DNA from: Paramecium tetraurelia | Taxonomy: Eukaryota | Length of the DNA stretch: 64,000 nucleotides | Reading direction: 5' to 3' | Assembly (NCBI GenBank): GCA_000165425.1 | Contig: CT868119.1 | Location: forward strand, 124,001 to 188,000 | In this document: positions 26,480 to 40,880 of the stretch, in pieces | Layout: each line of letters starts with the position of its first letter | Position numbering within the stretch: position 1 is the first letter of the stretch | Program-made: the position numbers and the translations under genes | Notes under the pieces: model-generated | Database searches by the model: none | What the model saw: only the letters and a program-made list of their open reading frames with translations | Told to the model about the DNA's origin: nothing

Positions 26480-29400
26480 ATGGATTAAACTTTAAGTAAA
26501 ATAAATAACATGGCTGAGAAAGCAATGTTGGAATTACAGAAGCAGCCACTAGTAACATGGAATTCTGGCTGTTTAAACACTTTAAAATATGTATTAAATT
26601 GCTCTAACAGATATTAGATAAATTAAAATCATGTGTTGAAGAAGTGAGTTTCATTTTAATGAGTAAGGATCTTAACCCTGAGGCTTCATTATTGTAAAAA
26701 TTATCAGCAAATTATGCTCTTGTTTTTGACAAGGTTCTTGAGATAAATTCAAGGAAAGTAGTGAATGCTCCTGAGTTACCTATTGAATATTGTTAGAGAT
26801 AGCCTAATTCTACGAGAACTGTCTTGGGTGGAACTGAAGTGCAGAATTTTAGTACATTATGGTTAATATAATTTAGAGATATTTTCTTAAAAACAGTCAG
26901 ATTTCATAGAAGCAGAATAAACCTTCAAAATGAATAAATAGAAGATCTTTAGGAAGATGGAAAACAAAAGTACAAGTACTAGTGATGATGCCATGATTAA
27001 ATTGTTTTAGGGTAACATACAAAATGAGACAGAAAAAGAATTGTTGAGAATTTAAGAAGAAAATGAAGCTAATTTGATTGACTTAAGAAAACAATTGAAG
27101 TTAAAAGGATTGTGGTCAGAAATAACTAGTAGTCATGCCACATAAAAACTAAATGATCTTAGTAGGCATATGGAGAGGGAAACTTTTAAGAACGATTTAT
27201 ACATAACTGATTAAATAAAGATAGCAAATGAGATAAAGGAGGAAGAGGAATTCGATATAAAAAAAGAAGTTAAAGATAAGATATTGTTGGTTTAAAGGAA
27301 AACAGCAGAAAGAATAATGAGAGCAGCAGAGAGAAAAATTAGACTTGAATATGATGCATTTGTAATGAAAAAAACAACAGGAATTTTAGTAAAAAACAAC
27401 AAGAACTAAAACTTTTAAAGAATTGAAGAATTAGAGAGATTAATAAGGGACAAGAATGATTAGATAGTTGAAAAGGAAGCCAAAATTAATTAATTATTTT
27501 AAAAATTTGAGGAATAAGAGAAGAAATTTGCAGGTTTACTAAAATAGATTGATAATTATAAAGTTACTTAAAAAATAGAAGTGTGTAATACAATAGTATC
27601 TAAAAATGGAAAGAAATCAGATGTTGAAGTTTAGGTCTCTATGATGGATCCAAGAGTTGAGTTATTTGAATTGAGATTATAAGAAATTGTGGAGGAAAAT
27701 GATGAGATGAAAGATGAATTAAAATTATTACATGAAAAAGCATTGGAAGATAAGATGTAAAGTTTAAATGAACCAAAACAAATAGAAGAAGTCTTATTAT
27801 TATTACTCTAAAGTGATTTGTCACCTGAAAATAAAATAATCTCACTTAATACTCTCTTATAATATATAAAGGATAATTCAGCTGAAGAAATTGCAAGATT
27901 AGCACCAAATGAGTTATATCGAATAGTGAGGTCTAAATTAAAATTTAATTGTGAATCTCCATTAGAAAAACTAGATGAATTATCTGGAGATGAAGATGAC
28001 AGTTATGAACAGTAATCTATAACAAAGAAAAGAGGGAGAGATAAAAAAAAAAGAATAAGTCACATCGAAAAACCATTTGATGCCTAGATACAAGAGTCAA
28101 TAGATCTTGATAAAATTGCTACATAAAGAAGATAGGCCTAATCAGAGACAGATGATGAATAAAGCAGAATATAGAAAAAATAATTAATCCAATTAAATCA
28201 GATTGATGATATAAATAAGAAAGCCAGTGTTAATAAATTAATTGAATAAGTCAGTAGCCCCAAATCTACAAATAGATCTAATATCACATTTAGATAGAAA
28301 TAAGGATATCTAAAGACTAATCGAAATAATAGTGCTGTAAACAATGATAGTTCCAAAAAGGATTAAAATTCCTCTTCTGGATAGTTTGGAATTTAAAATA
28401 GTAGACAAACACTTACATAATTAGAAACCAAAAGTAATAAGTAATCCTTTACAAATTTCTCAGCTAAAGAATTGAATTCTTAGAAAGGAGAAAAACAACA
28501 TAAAAAACCATCAATTATGGATTAAAGTGATATTTAATGTGATTTTTATAAGTAAAATAAAACAAAAGATATTGGAATACAAGTTTCATTTAAATAGGAA
28601 CCTTAGATTCCTCCTTAATAATAATAAAAACATATTTAATCTCCTATTTAATAACCATCAAAGTAATAAGAGGAGAAGGAAAAATTAGAAGAGTAGACTA
28701 AAAAACTTAGTGAATCGTAAATTTACAGAGCATAAGCAGAATCTATTTCATAGAAGAATACTTAGACAGATGATTTCTTTTTATGGAATCTTTTTTAGAA
28801 AATGGCAGGTGATCTTGGTCTCACAGAAGATTAATTAAAAAGATTGGAAGCTGCATTTTTAAATGAGTAATAATTTATCCATTACTATGAAAAAACATAG
28901 TCTTAAAAATTGATAACTAGAAATTCTACTTTATAAGGTGACACTTTAGGAGATTTCAAAAGGGATAGTTTAAAGAATCTTGATAAAAGTATTGGCATTA
29001 GAAATTCAATTAAACTTAGAACAAGTAGTTAATAAAATATATACACTAATAATGAATTAATAGACAATTATGCCTATTAAAAAAATGAAATAGATGACGA
29101 TTAATAAAAGAATTTACATACCCAACCAACTACATGGCATTCACCAGTTGTCAGTAGATAACAAAGTTAAATAGTATTTTCAGGATCTTAAAATTAAAAT
29201 AATAACTTTGGGTCAATAAATCAGCCTTGGAGTCCAAATGGAATTGGAAATGGCTTAAGATCAAACAGTCCAATGAATCCAAATTCAAGTTAAGGTATTA
29301 GAAGTGTCAGTCAGCTTATAAACACAGGAGATAATGTTCATATCATTACTTATGGAACTGTATCTCCTGCTGATTAAGTGAACAAGAATAAACATAGAAC

Positions 29401-29939
29401 TACATCTTCAAGTTAGAAGCTTTTAGATGACATGCTAAAATCTAAGACTTAAATTTTAAAATCACCAGAATAATAATAGAGAGAATAAAAAGAACAGCAA
29501 TTATTCTTTTCTGTCTTTGGTGATGAACTTCAAAATGATGAGGAGTTTGATCTAGAAGTCATTCGACAAAACATGGGAAAGCCTTTGGAAATAATGTAGG
29601 ATCATCTTAAAGAAGATTCTATTAAAAAATTATTCACTTCATTGGCTTAAAAGGAAAAAAATTAATGGAAAGATTAACTTTTCTTGATCATTTCAAATTA
29701 TTGTAATAAGAGTGTTCAAACAATCACTTATTTCGATTTCAAAAAGTATTATGAAAATTATATGAGAGTAATAATAATAACTAATTATATTTTAGATACA
29801 TAAAAGATGTGGTGATGAATGCATACACATTAAACGATTTTTAGCCAGAATCGGATTCGGATTTGTTAGCAAAAGAAAGGTCTTGAATATGTCCAAATAA
29901 AGTGTATCTCCATTTGAATAATTACCTAAACTTAAGTGA
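26480..29939 (+). CDS. large coiled-coil protein with C-terminal HKRCGDECIHIKRF Cys/His motif
   Basis: Long E/K/Q-rich frame with tiny introns, MDQTLSKINNMAEKAMLELQKQP start, ends LPKLK-TGA. Confidence 0.7.
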
Positions 29940-29982
29940 ATATTAATAAAATTAATTTTAATATATATAGTTATATATATTA

Positions 29983-30547
29983 ATGGGAAGGAAAAATAGA
30001 GACTTGTCTTATTTGAAACCCTTTTGTTTTTACTGTGACAAAACATTTAAAAATGAAGTGTACTTGCATTAGCATTAAAAAGCAAAACATTTTACTTGCT
30101 AAAGATGCTTTAAGAAGTTTTCATCATGTGATTCATTAAAAAACCATGTAGAATCCGCTCATCATGAGGTTTTGACTAAGTAATTGGAAATTATCTTATT
30201 CTAGAATTCCAAATGCCACTGGTGATAGAAGTGACATTAAAAATAAGATTTTTGGAATGTAAGGAGTACCAAGAGTGGAAATTGAAAAGAGGATAAGAAA
30301 AGGAGCTGAAGAATATTGGACCAAGATCCTGAGTGCTCAATATTAATAAAGAAGAAAAGAAAATAAATAAAGAATGAAGTAAAACAAGGAAATAAGCAAA
30401 AAAGAAAATTAATAAGATGTTAAAATTGATGTAATATTAATATTATATGTTTAGAATGAAAAAGAAGAAATTGAGTAACATGAATATAATCCAGAAGCAA
30501 AGCCCATCAGTTTTGACCTAGATTATGAGTAATTGCAAAAACAATGA
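29983..30547 (+). CDS. ZNF207: ZNF207/BuGZ/SUF4-like C2H2 zinc-finger protein (short form)
   Basis: MGRKNRDLSYLKPFCFYCDKTFKNEVYLHQHQKAKHFTCQRCFKKF...IPNATGDRSDIKNKIFGMQGVP matches the ZNF207 N-terminal domain. Confidence 0.88.
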
Positions 30548-31198
30548 TGTATTATATACCTCATCCAGCAATAATATACTAAAATATATATGTTAACTAT
30601 TTTGAGCACTCCGTATTAAAATTAGATCTAAGATCAGTTGAAACATTTTAAAGGCTTCTCATTCTTTTTTTAATAAATCATAATCGATTCTTTCTAAATA
30701 TGAGGTTATTCATAGATTAAGTCTTTATTAGTTTATTTTCATATTGTTAATAGACACAGAGTTAATAAATTTCTTATTTCTATCGTAAACTGTGTATATT
30801 TCAAACTTTATTATTTTTTAAATTAAAATAAGTTTGGCATTAAAATCATTATATTTTGTATAATTTATTTCTTGTGTTTTTAAGTAATTTATTTATTATA
30901 ATTTGATGGCACTCTCATTACTTTGTACTTTAGACAGAAAGGATGATTTTTTTAAATAAAACTTCATACATTATGTAGATACTTTAAAAATTAAATTATA
31001 CTCTTCCAAATCATCTTAAATATGATAAATCTTGCTTAGTTCTTCAGTTGCATCTTTAAGACCTATGGTAAAAATAGTACATTCTTTCTTTTGAAGCTTA
31101 ACTTTTCACTTTTTCTTAGTTTTATTGGCATGCAATCTCCTTTCAAAAACTATTTAATAGGTTAAATTTATTTAAAATGTTCACATGAAAAGTAATAC

Positions 31199-32786
31199 TC
31201 AATTTTTGTCTAAAATTGCTAATTTTGCTCTGATAGTTGCTATGTATAAATTGTTGGCCTCTTCTTCCATTTAAATATCATTCTTCAATAAGGCTGTTTT
31301 TTCTCTATCTTTAGCCTTTTATTCCAATTTTTACACGTTTTCCAAAATTTGTTGTATATCCTTTTAGTTCTCTTATAAAATATATTCTGTACTCCTAAAT
31401 AAATGAAATTATGATTACTTATCTAATTAATCCACTGTCATATTCTACATTTTTCTTTATTGTCTAAGTTATTGTAAATAATCAATTGTTTTTGGCTTAG
31501 CAGGTAATTCAGGAGTTTTATGTGTTTTCTCAGAATTAAAATAATTTTTTTTCTTAATTGGTTTCGGAGGTTTATTTTCTAGATGGATGCTAAGATCATT
31601 AATTGAATCCTTGGATTCTTGGCTTAAATGATGTTATTAAGGTATTTAAGGAATATATCTTCTAATTTTTCTAAGATTTTGCTCTGTAATTGAAATTTCT
31701 TGAATTTATTTTTGTTAAACTTCTTTTTTAGGAGGAGATTACTTTTATTTAATAGGATGTTCTCTGAAGTAGTTTTCTTGAGCAAAGTTTGCATATTTAA
31801 ATTATCTTTATCTTGCAATTTACTTTAATTTAATGTCTTATTCCTTTAATTATTTAAGATACTTTTCTTCTTCTTCTATTCTCATTTGGGTCTAACTTTT
31901 AGGAAATTTTAAGGTATTTTATCTAATTTTAAAATCATGTTCTTATTTCAGATGTTCTCTTTCATATTCTTTGACTTTTTTATCTTCTTCATATTTTTTC
32001 TGATGCTCAGTTAAGTCATTTAGTCTGATTGGTTGGCTTAATTCTCTTCTTTATGTCATGACAGCCTCTGATAATATTAAAAATTACTTTTCTTTTTTCT
32101 AATTCAGTTAAGATGATAGCTTCTTCTTTTTGTTTAAGTAGCGATTCTTTTTATTTGATTCGTTCTTAAATTTATTTAATGAGTTTATTAGCTTCTTATT
32201 ATTATTTAGCTATTCTTTCTTTCTATGCTTTTTCTTCTTCCATTCTCTACATTATGAATTATCTTTTATTAATATTTTAAAGATTTGTTGTTTAGTCTGC
32301 AGAATCAAATGTTTACTATTGCGTTGTTTAAGTTTGCTATATTAATTAATTATTTTATTTCCTGTTCATTTGTTTATCTTATGAATTATTTTCCTTTTGT
32401 TATTATTTCTGTTCATTAAAGATCTTTTTTAATGGTATTCTTTGAGTTTAGGACTAATTCCCATTTAATTTGTAATCCTTAATTTAAATGTCTGATTGTT
32501 CAAATTTTTTATTAGGTATATGCTCTTACTAGTATTCAAATTATGGAATTTGTTCATTTTTCTAAGTTGTTGAGTTAAGATCCTGAATATCAGCATAAGG
32601 TGAATTTGACGTTACATCCTTTTTCAATTTTGAGAAAGAAAATGTGTTGTTTATGGTTTTTTATTGAATCATTTTACCAGCTATTCCAAAAAAAGACTTG
32701 AATTTATTGAGGTTTACTTTTGGTTCCTATTTAATTTTATTGTCTCTTTTTTCAGATAAATCAATGATATTTTCTGTAAGATTCAT
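31199..32786 (-). CDS. coiled-coil hypothetical protein
   Basis: MNLTENIIDLSEKRDNK start; K/E/Q-rich; ends YIATIRAKLAILDKN-TGA; tiny introns. Confidence 0.7.
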
Positions 32787-32886
32787 AATTATTTCAACAA
32801 TATTTTATATGAAGTAAATATTTTATTCAATATAATGAGAATATTACAATATATTATTTATTTCTAAATGACATATAATCTTTTAT

Positions 32887-34086
32887 TCAAAAATTTAATA
32901 TCTCTTTATTATTCAAGATACTTATCTCCGCATAATGTAAGTATATATAAAATTTCATATCGTTCATGTTTACTTTGGTTAATTTAACTTCAATGTTTCT
33001 CTAAATATTCAAATCAATACATCGTTTTTAGAAAATTCAACTGTTTTTTAATGTTTATTCACATAACAAATAATTGTATCTGATTATCCAAATTTGATAG
33101 TAGATTGTTTATTATGTTCTAAGAAATTCCAGCTAGTGTAAACTTCTAAAATATAATTATCTCATTTAAGTACTTCCTTTGGAATCTAGATTAGCAAAGC
33201 TACATTTCTAAGTATTTGTAGCAACCCCTATGCAAACTAATCCTTGGCATTTTTGAATTTTGAAGGATAACTTGATGTAATTATTGATTATATCATTTAG
33301 AGGAGGATGCAATAAGGCGATACAGCCAGTAGTTGATTTAATAGAATAGTCATTGATAATATTAGCCTATCCTTAGATTTGATTAAAATCTAATCTAAAT
33401 AGGATTTTATTGAAATCCAATTGTTGAAGAAATTTAGAGTTATTATCAATAGAGAAATCTGATTGTGCTCTGGAGATTTTGCTTAATTCAACCTTAGATG
33501 TATTATTGGATCTGGAATTACTGATGATTTCAGAATTTCTTTTTACTAATCTAGATTTTGTGTCGTCTCTCTAAATATTCTTTACATTCTTTTATTGTTT
33601 GGGATATTAATATTTAATCTATCCTGTGAATTACTTGGTCCTTTTCTCGAACTCAGCTAAAAACTCATTGAAATAGGAGATGATTTAATGTCTTTTAGAT
33701 ATTTATTCTTGGGTGTTTCGCAAGGCATTTCCAAGTTCGTTAATTGTTTACTAGCTAATTTATTTATATTCTGATGACAGAAATCGAGAATGAAACGAAA
33801 ATGTTGATTGCTGAATGGTTAATCCTATGAAATTTAGCAAATCGATTATTTCCTTCTTAAATATCATATAGGATTATTTGATATCCATAACTGAATCTAA
33901 ATTCTTGGTTTTTTCTTCGATTTCTTGAAAAGTATAACAAAATTATTAATGATCTGAATGAAAGTCTTTTTGACATGCCACACATAGAGCTGGTTGATGT
34001 TCACAATGGGCGTATAGGCAAACTGCTGAAATATAATACTATTAATTAGAATGAAATGGACAAGCTATATTTGAGGGTAAAGGCAT
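32887..34086 (-). CDS. protein with N-terminal B-box-like Cys/His cluster and SPRY-like C-terminal domain
   Basis: CPFH...VCLYAHCEHQPALCVACQKDFHSDH; C-terminal KLSFKIQKCQGLVCIGVA...DTIICYVNKHQKTVEFSKN; frame restored by a 29-nt intron. Confidence 0.6.
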
Positions 34087-34105
34087 TATAAATAATTAAT
34101 ATATA

Positions 34106-35273
34106 ATGAAAATAATTCAGATATTGGTTTTGGTATCATATGTATTAGGTGCAACTTTCTCAAGTACAAGCCTAGGTGATGCATTACATGAAAATGGATC
34201 TGTCTATGGATGGAGAGAGGAAGAATAAAGATAATTCAAGAATTGGGTTTAGGAAAATCAAAAAGAATACAACAATGAGTTCGAAATGATCTACAGAATG
34301 GAAGTCTTTGTTAAGAACTATAGAGCCATGAAGGTATTTTAATGGTTAATTGTACTTTTAGCATCATAATGAACAATTACCAAAAGATGTTTGGGGATTG
34401 AATGTCTTTTCTGATGAGACATCTGAGGAGTTGATGGATAAGATATTTATGAAGAGAGACTTTGATTAACATTACGAGACTTTCAATGAAGATGATATCA
34501 ATGCAATCAAAAGTGATGCACTATCCCATAATTCGTTTTTATAAGCTGATAAAACGGTAGTGGTAGTTAAAAAAGTGGTAAAGACAACAGCGGCACCTGC
34601 TCCCAAGAATCCACCAAGTTTAGATTGGCTAAAATAGGTATTGTACTTTATATTCAATGTTTAGATTACAGATGTATAACAACAGGGAAGATGTGGTAGT
34701 TGTTGGGCATTTGCAGTCTAAGATGTTGTAATCAGTAGATTGGCTATTGCAAATAAAAACAAGCTTGATTAATTGTCAAAGACTCATTTGATTGACTGTG
34801 CTGATGGAAATACTGCAGGATGCGATGGAGGTTCAGTTAGCGATGCATTTGATTTCATCAACAATTATGGAACTGTTTATGAGAAAGATTATAGAGAATA
34901 TGATTAGAAGGAGGGAGAATGTTCAAAACCAAAAGGATCAATTGGATACAAGCAATTCAAATCTGTCTAAGGATTAACCAAATTCACTAATGCTGATATT
35001 GAAACCGCTATGTAAACTGGTCCAGTCACAGCCCTCATGTATGCAGACGAATCCTGGCTCAGATACACTTCTGGAATTATCAATACATGCGGATATCCAA
35101 AAGTTTCTAATTATTAACATGTTGTTTCATTCGTTGCATATGATACTTAAACCTGGTTTGCAAAAAATTCTTGGGGAGCCAAATGGGGAATGAACGGTTA
35201 CTTTTAAGTAGCAAAAAATGGAGAAGCTAATTGCCTAGACAAAATAAAAAAGATCACATATCCAGTTATATGA
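34106..35273 (+). CDS. papain-family (cathepsin L-like) cysteine protease precursor
   Basis: Signal peptide, ERFNIN-like prodomain (EMIYRMEVFVKNYRAM), QQGRCGSCWAF, GCDGG, catalytic His (QHVV), KNSWGAKWGMNGYF; 28- and 27-nt introns give 370 aa. Confidence 0.95.
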
Positions 35274-35755
35274 GAATGAAAATATATATGATTTAAATAT
35301 ATAAATGTATATTAAAATTATAAATACAATTAAATATGACCTTCATTGTAACATTAAATCCTTGTTCATTTTCCTTAACATACATATTTCAGATAATCAA
35401 GAACAGATCATTAAATAACCTCTAACATTTTTAAAGGCTATGATGGATTGCAATTTGTACATTGTGAACCCATCAACATTTTTGCTATTTTTATGTTATT
35501 GATTAAATATTTGCTTAACTCTTTCTACAAAAGTTCTTATTTATAAACCAAGTAGTTTCAATATAAATTTGAAATAATTTTTTATTTACATTTTAGAGAA
35601 TCTGATTTGCATAAATTAATTTTGAAGAGTTTAGAAAAACAATAAGGAATTCATTTTTACTTTGTTTTATGTTAACTTATTATATTTCTCTTTTCTCCAA
35701 TAGACTAATCGTTATTTAAATAATAATTATTATTAATACATTAATTTTATAAAAC

Positions 35756-36685
35756 ATGGAAGAAAGGCAATCTTCTGTAAAAGGATTAAGAGATTATTTT
35801 TAAGGGATTGCTGAAAATCTAAAATAGTAGAATGATAATTATTTGACAATCAAATAGAACAGTACGAGTGTCCCTCCATAAAGAAATAGTATAAATAGAG
35901 ATTCAATTAAGATGAATGTTCAAAAGATGGAAACCTTTAAAGGAAACAAAGGAGATGATGAAAGTTAGTTAAAGTTAATATATTAATTGAAAGAGAAGAT
36001 CAAATATTATGAGGAAAGACAAGATAATAATGAGTATTAAAAGCTCTTAGAACGTTTTAATGATTAAAAGATGCAATTGCAACTCTTATAATAGATGAAT
36101 GATCAATTAAACGAAGAAATTATAATCGCTAATAATACCATTGCAAATCTAGAACGTCAAATACAAAAATAAGAAAACTAAACCTTTAATTTAAACAATG
36201 CATAATAGAATCATTCTTCAAAAACGCACATTAAATAGAGTGACAAAGAAATTCAAGTCGATTTAATATCCCCTCTCATAGAATAGAATAAACTATTATT
36301 AGAACGTTTGCATGAAAATCCTGAACCAAAAGGCAAAGAACTAATTATAATTAATTCAAGTTAAGCTATTGAGTTAAGAAGATAAATGGAGACATTGAAA
36401 TAAGAAGTACCTATATAATGAATAAACTAGCTTTGTGAAAGGTTAAATCTATATAACAATCTTATTCAAAGCAAATAACTATCAGAAATAAAAAAGAGCA
36501 TCAAAATAGATATTAATCAATTTCATGACACTTATATTTAAATGTTTCGAAATATCAACAGACCAATCTAAAATGTTGAGCAAGTAAGTAAAATCTTAAG
36601 TCCAATATACTAAGAAGAGCTGAATGAATTCCTCGGATAGTTAAGCGACTTTTTAGATAAGTTCAGGCTAGTTTCTATATTATGA
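35756..36685 (+). CDS. coiled-coil hypothetical protein
   Basis: MEERQSSVKGLRDYFQGIAENLK..., heptad-rich, one tiny intron, TGA at 36683. Confidence 0.65.
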
Positions 36686-37356
36686 ATTAATTATTTTAAT
36701 AAATTAAGTTTTATATATTTCCTTATATTACTTAGATCCTATGAAATTCTTCTGCATTACAAAATAAATAATCTTATTTAATAAATCTTAATCTCTAATT
36801 TTACAAATATGTAATTTAAATACTTACTGCTAAAATTAAATCTATAAAATGAATATTAGAAGATATTTATGAGCAACCTCTTTTCATTATGGATAATGAA
36901 GATTGTCAGATCAAGAAGTAATATTTAGCTATGTAATATACTTTATAAAAGCATGAGGTTAGTTCGTTTTTAACAATTTTATACCAGATCTGATAATTTT
37001 AGAAAATTTCAATATAATTATTGCTAATAAATATAATAAATCAAATAAGCTAAACGTTAACGATTAATAGGATTATACAATAATAATTCATAGAATTATA
37101 TAATTAGTTCCTTTTCTCAATAAATTGGATGACAACAAAATCTATAATTCTTATAAATGTTTATAGAATAAGAAATTGTCTTACAATTGATTAAACTTTT
37201 TATAATTATTATACATTTATAACAGAAAGTATTTTTGAATTTTTAGGATGTAAAATTTGTTTTTATAACATATTCATCTTAATTGATAAATGTGACTATC
37301 AAAGATAGTAATTGAATATTTCTATATTAAATAAATAATAATATATAATAAATTTA

Positions 37357-38351
37357 ATGTATAAAGGGAACCCCACAGAAGCCAAAAGTAGCACAGGGAA
37401 GAGAATAACAAGACCGTATAGTTAATAAAAGTATCTTATATGATAACTTAGGGAGTATATAGATATTAAGTCTTCACTTAAATAGGATTCGTATTCATGT
37501 GAAAAGACAAACCAGTCTACAATATTGAAAAGCAAAGTGTCTAGCAAATAATAAGTTAAGAATAAAATGAAACCAACATAAACGCGATTTTATTATTAAT
37601 AACCTTAGAGTTTATAAACAACCCATCGTTATAATCATTCTCCATATGTTAAGCCTCATTAATAATAACAATTATTTGAGTTGCAGAAAACCATTATGGC
37701 TGATTCTAACAGAATGGGAAATCTTGTAAATTAAATGAAGTCTCACTCTTAATAAAAAAAAATCCCATAACAGATTTAAATGCATCATAAATCATATTAA
37801 ACAAATTGCAAAGAAAAATAAACCCAAAGTTTAAATGGGAGTTTTGAATTGAAGAAAAGGATATTTACCGCAAATTAGGATGTTAATACATAAATTAATA
37901 TGATTGCAAAGTCCAATAGAGCACAATCTGTTCTTGATGAATATAAAACCACTGCAATTGAACTGTAATAAACAATGAGGATCCCAGAACCAATCTTACC
38001 TCAAAGAATAATACCCTATGATTCAGAGTAAGAATAAAAAATATCAAAAATAGAACTGAATTCGAAGGATACAGAAAGGGAGACTTTTTAACCTTCCAGT
38101 CAGAGGATGAAAGTGAAAGCGAGGATCTACTAAGAAAAGCTGGAATAGAGCATTTCTTAAAAAACCTAACAGATAAGGAAATTTTGTTATTGGAAAAATA
38201 TATTTACTTACGAAAATATGATATGATAGCTAGAAATCCTAGAACATCGAAATAGAACGACCAGTTTTTTCAGAATAACAATACTTCAAGAACTTCTTAA
38301 TAATATTAGTAATAATAATATGGCAAAATTAGTAGACAAACTAAAAAATGA
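37357..38351 (+). CDS. hypothetical protein
   Basis: MYKGNPTEAKSSTGKRITRPYSQQ..., two tiny introns restore the frame, TGA at 38349. Confidence 0.6.
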
Positions 38352-38408
38352 ATTATAATTATAATATTTATATAAGATTTCTTCTTATTATTATTACTTT
38401 CATATTAA

Positions 38409-39582
38409 TCAACTGGAAAGTTTAGCCGTTAGATCTTCTGACTTTTTGACAGAATCCACATGATCAAAGACTAAATTGTAGGCCTTTTAGACTACTTCAA
38501 TTTCAGATTATCTGATAGTTCATTAATAAATACCTTTAAGTTTATCTGCTTAAATAAGCTTGGTGATATTATTCTTATTATTCCTTAGTTAATTGTAAAA
38601 GTTCCTCGGTGATTGGAATATCAATTAGCAATTGTTCCTTTTGAGCCAAGACAATTTTCTAACATAAACTTATTTATTGGTGTTACCTATTGATTGAATT
38701 TGTCATTAAATTATTGATTTAGGTTTTCTAGATCGGTTGACAATCTTTTTCTGAGAGTTTCGATTTCATCCATGGATGTATCAAAATTTTTAGAAGCTAC
38801 TTCTTCAGCTGCAATGTCTTCATTCAAACTCTTGTTGGCTCCATCTCTAATTTACTCTAGTTTCTCTAATATTCTTTAGACAGTGGGAACATCAAATCTG
38901 GTAGTTAATTTTATAAGAATAGTGATGGGGTGATTTGGACCAAATTATTCATGGCATTCAGCGTGAATTTAAGTCAAAATTGTTTATCTATCTTATTCTG
39001 AGGTCTATTGATCAACTGCTCTACTCAACTTCTCAATGATTAAGGTTAATGCATTAATAACTTTATTTGCCTATTCAACTCTTCTGTTATAAGCCTTGAC
39101 ATCAGCAGCTCTGGCATTTCTGATGAATTGTTCTTATTCATTAAGAATTGCTAATTGTTTTTCATAGGTTATGATGGTTTCTCTAAGGATGATCAATTAT
39201 TCGGCTAAGGTCTAGATCAATATGTTAGCATTAGCTAGATCTGTGTTTAATCTTGAGAGATCTTCTTCTAATTCACTAATATTCAAATCAAAAACTGCCA
39301 TCTATCTTGAATGAGCAATATCATCGTCAACTTGATCTTATTTTAATGAATCCAACAATTCTTAAATAAGTTTTAAGACTTCATCTACTTATCCTCCTGT
39401 TTCTAATTTAATTTATACTAATTCCTTCAATTAATCACTATAGGGACTTTGGCTAAACTAGGGAGTTTAATGCTTGTATATACTTAATGAAATGACTTCA
39501 TCAATAATGAGGCTTATGGAGTCATGGCTGATAAACAAACTCCTATTGTCAATGCCAATATATTAAAACGGATTAAGCTCAT
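38409..39582 (-). CDS. trichocyst matrix protein precursor
   Basis: Signal peptide, QLKELVQIKLETGGQVDEVLKLIQELLDSLKQDQVDDD, acidic heptads, ~380 aa. Confidence 0.85.
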
Positions 39583-39654
39583 TATTTATATATAAAAAAA
39601 TAATTATTAGAGAGAGTGTAAATGATCTAGATATTATTAAATTGGATGGATATC

Positions 39655-40849
39655 TCATTCATGTTGAACCTATTTTCTGACTGCATCACTTAAAGAATAT
39701 TCAGATCTCTCATACGAATCGACTTTCTAAAATGGTTATAGAATAGCAATAAATACCCTATCATTAACATAATCATCAACTCTCTATTTGAATTAGTCTT
39801 CGGAAGTTCCAACTTAAGTAGAATAAATTCTGTAAACATCAGTAAATAAATTGAGTTCCTCTTGCAATCTTGCCTTATTTTTATTGTATTGAATTTCTTC
39901 ATTTTTTAAGTCCTATCAATATTATAAACATAGTGTACTTCAATAGCTCTTTATTATTGCTATTGTAGGGCAACTCCTTTTTCTCTGCAATTAACAGCAG
40001 CCAATCTTGCCTGCACTAATTGTTCATCTAATTTTATAAGGTTTTTTTATTCAGATGAAAGATCATAGTTGATCTGTTCATTCTCGATATCAATAGCTCC
40101 CTTGAAATCAGCCAGAGTGACTCCAGTGGCAATTTCAAGATTTTATGCGTTTTTTATTTGTTCTCTAATATACCTTTCCATATCATTAAGCATTTCGATT
40201 AGTTATCCTTTTACAGTATTAATGTTTCCTTATGAAGAAGGTGTAACCTGATTCCAGTCAATAAACATGGTGTCTGCAAATTCATGTGCTAATTCGACCA
40301 ATTCTGATATTTTGGCTTATTTGTACATTGTTAAAAACTTTTCAACGTATGCACCATATCTATTTAATTGGTTATTGTCTAAATTTTAAAGAGAGTTTCT
40401 CAAAAATATTATCAATCTTAAAGTCATATTATCATTTTTGACTCTTTCAATATAATTTGAGGAATGAGTGCATCTACTATAAATGGGACATTGTACCTAT
40501 TGGTATCTAGAGTCTGAATTCTGTTGGCATTATCAACAAGTCTCTTTTATAAATATGCAATGTATTTATTTGTTTTATCAATATCTGATTCTCTATCCGA
40601 GACAGATTTATCTCGACTTGCGCATAAAAAGTTTTATTCTTAGTAGGCCTTACCTAAATTGAATATGATATTCTCTTTGAGCTAAAATGCTTATTAGAAT
40701 CGTACATTTTTAGAAACTGTATAATCTGTATTAAGTGCTGTAAGTTCAACAGCTGATGCTCCTTTTAAGTCAGCCAATAATTTCTCGACTGTGTCAACTT
40801 CATTTTGGCACAGTACACCAACAACTAGCAATAACAAGAGGGTCTTCAT
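39655..40849 (-). CDS. trichocyst matrix protein-like precursor
   Basis: MKTLLLLLVVGVLCQNEVDTVEKLLADLK, RCTHSSNYIERVK (parallel to RCFSN..VRAIK of the 8929 gene), acidic heptads. Confidence 0.75.
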
Positions 40850-40880
40850 GCCGTTTTTTAATTTATTTATATTATATTAA

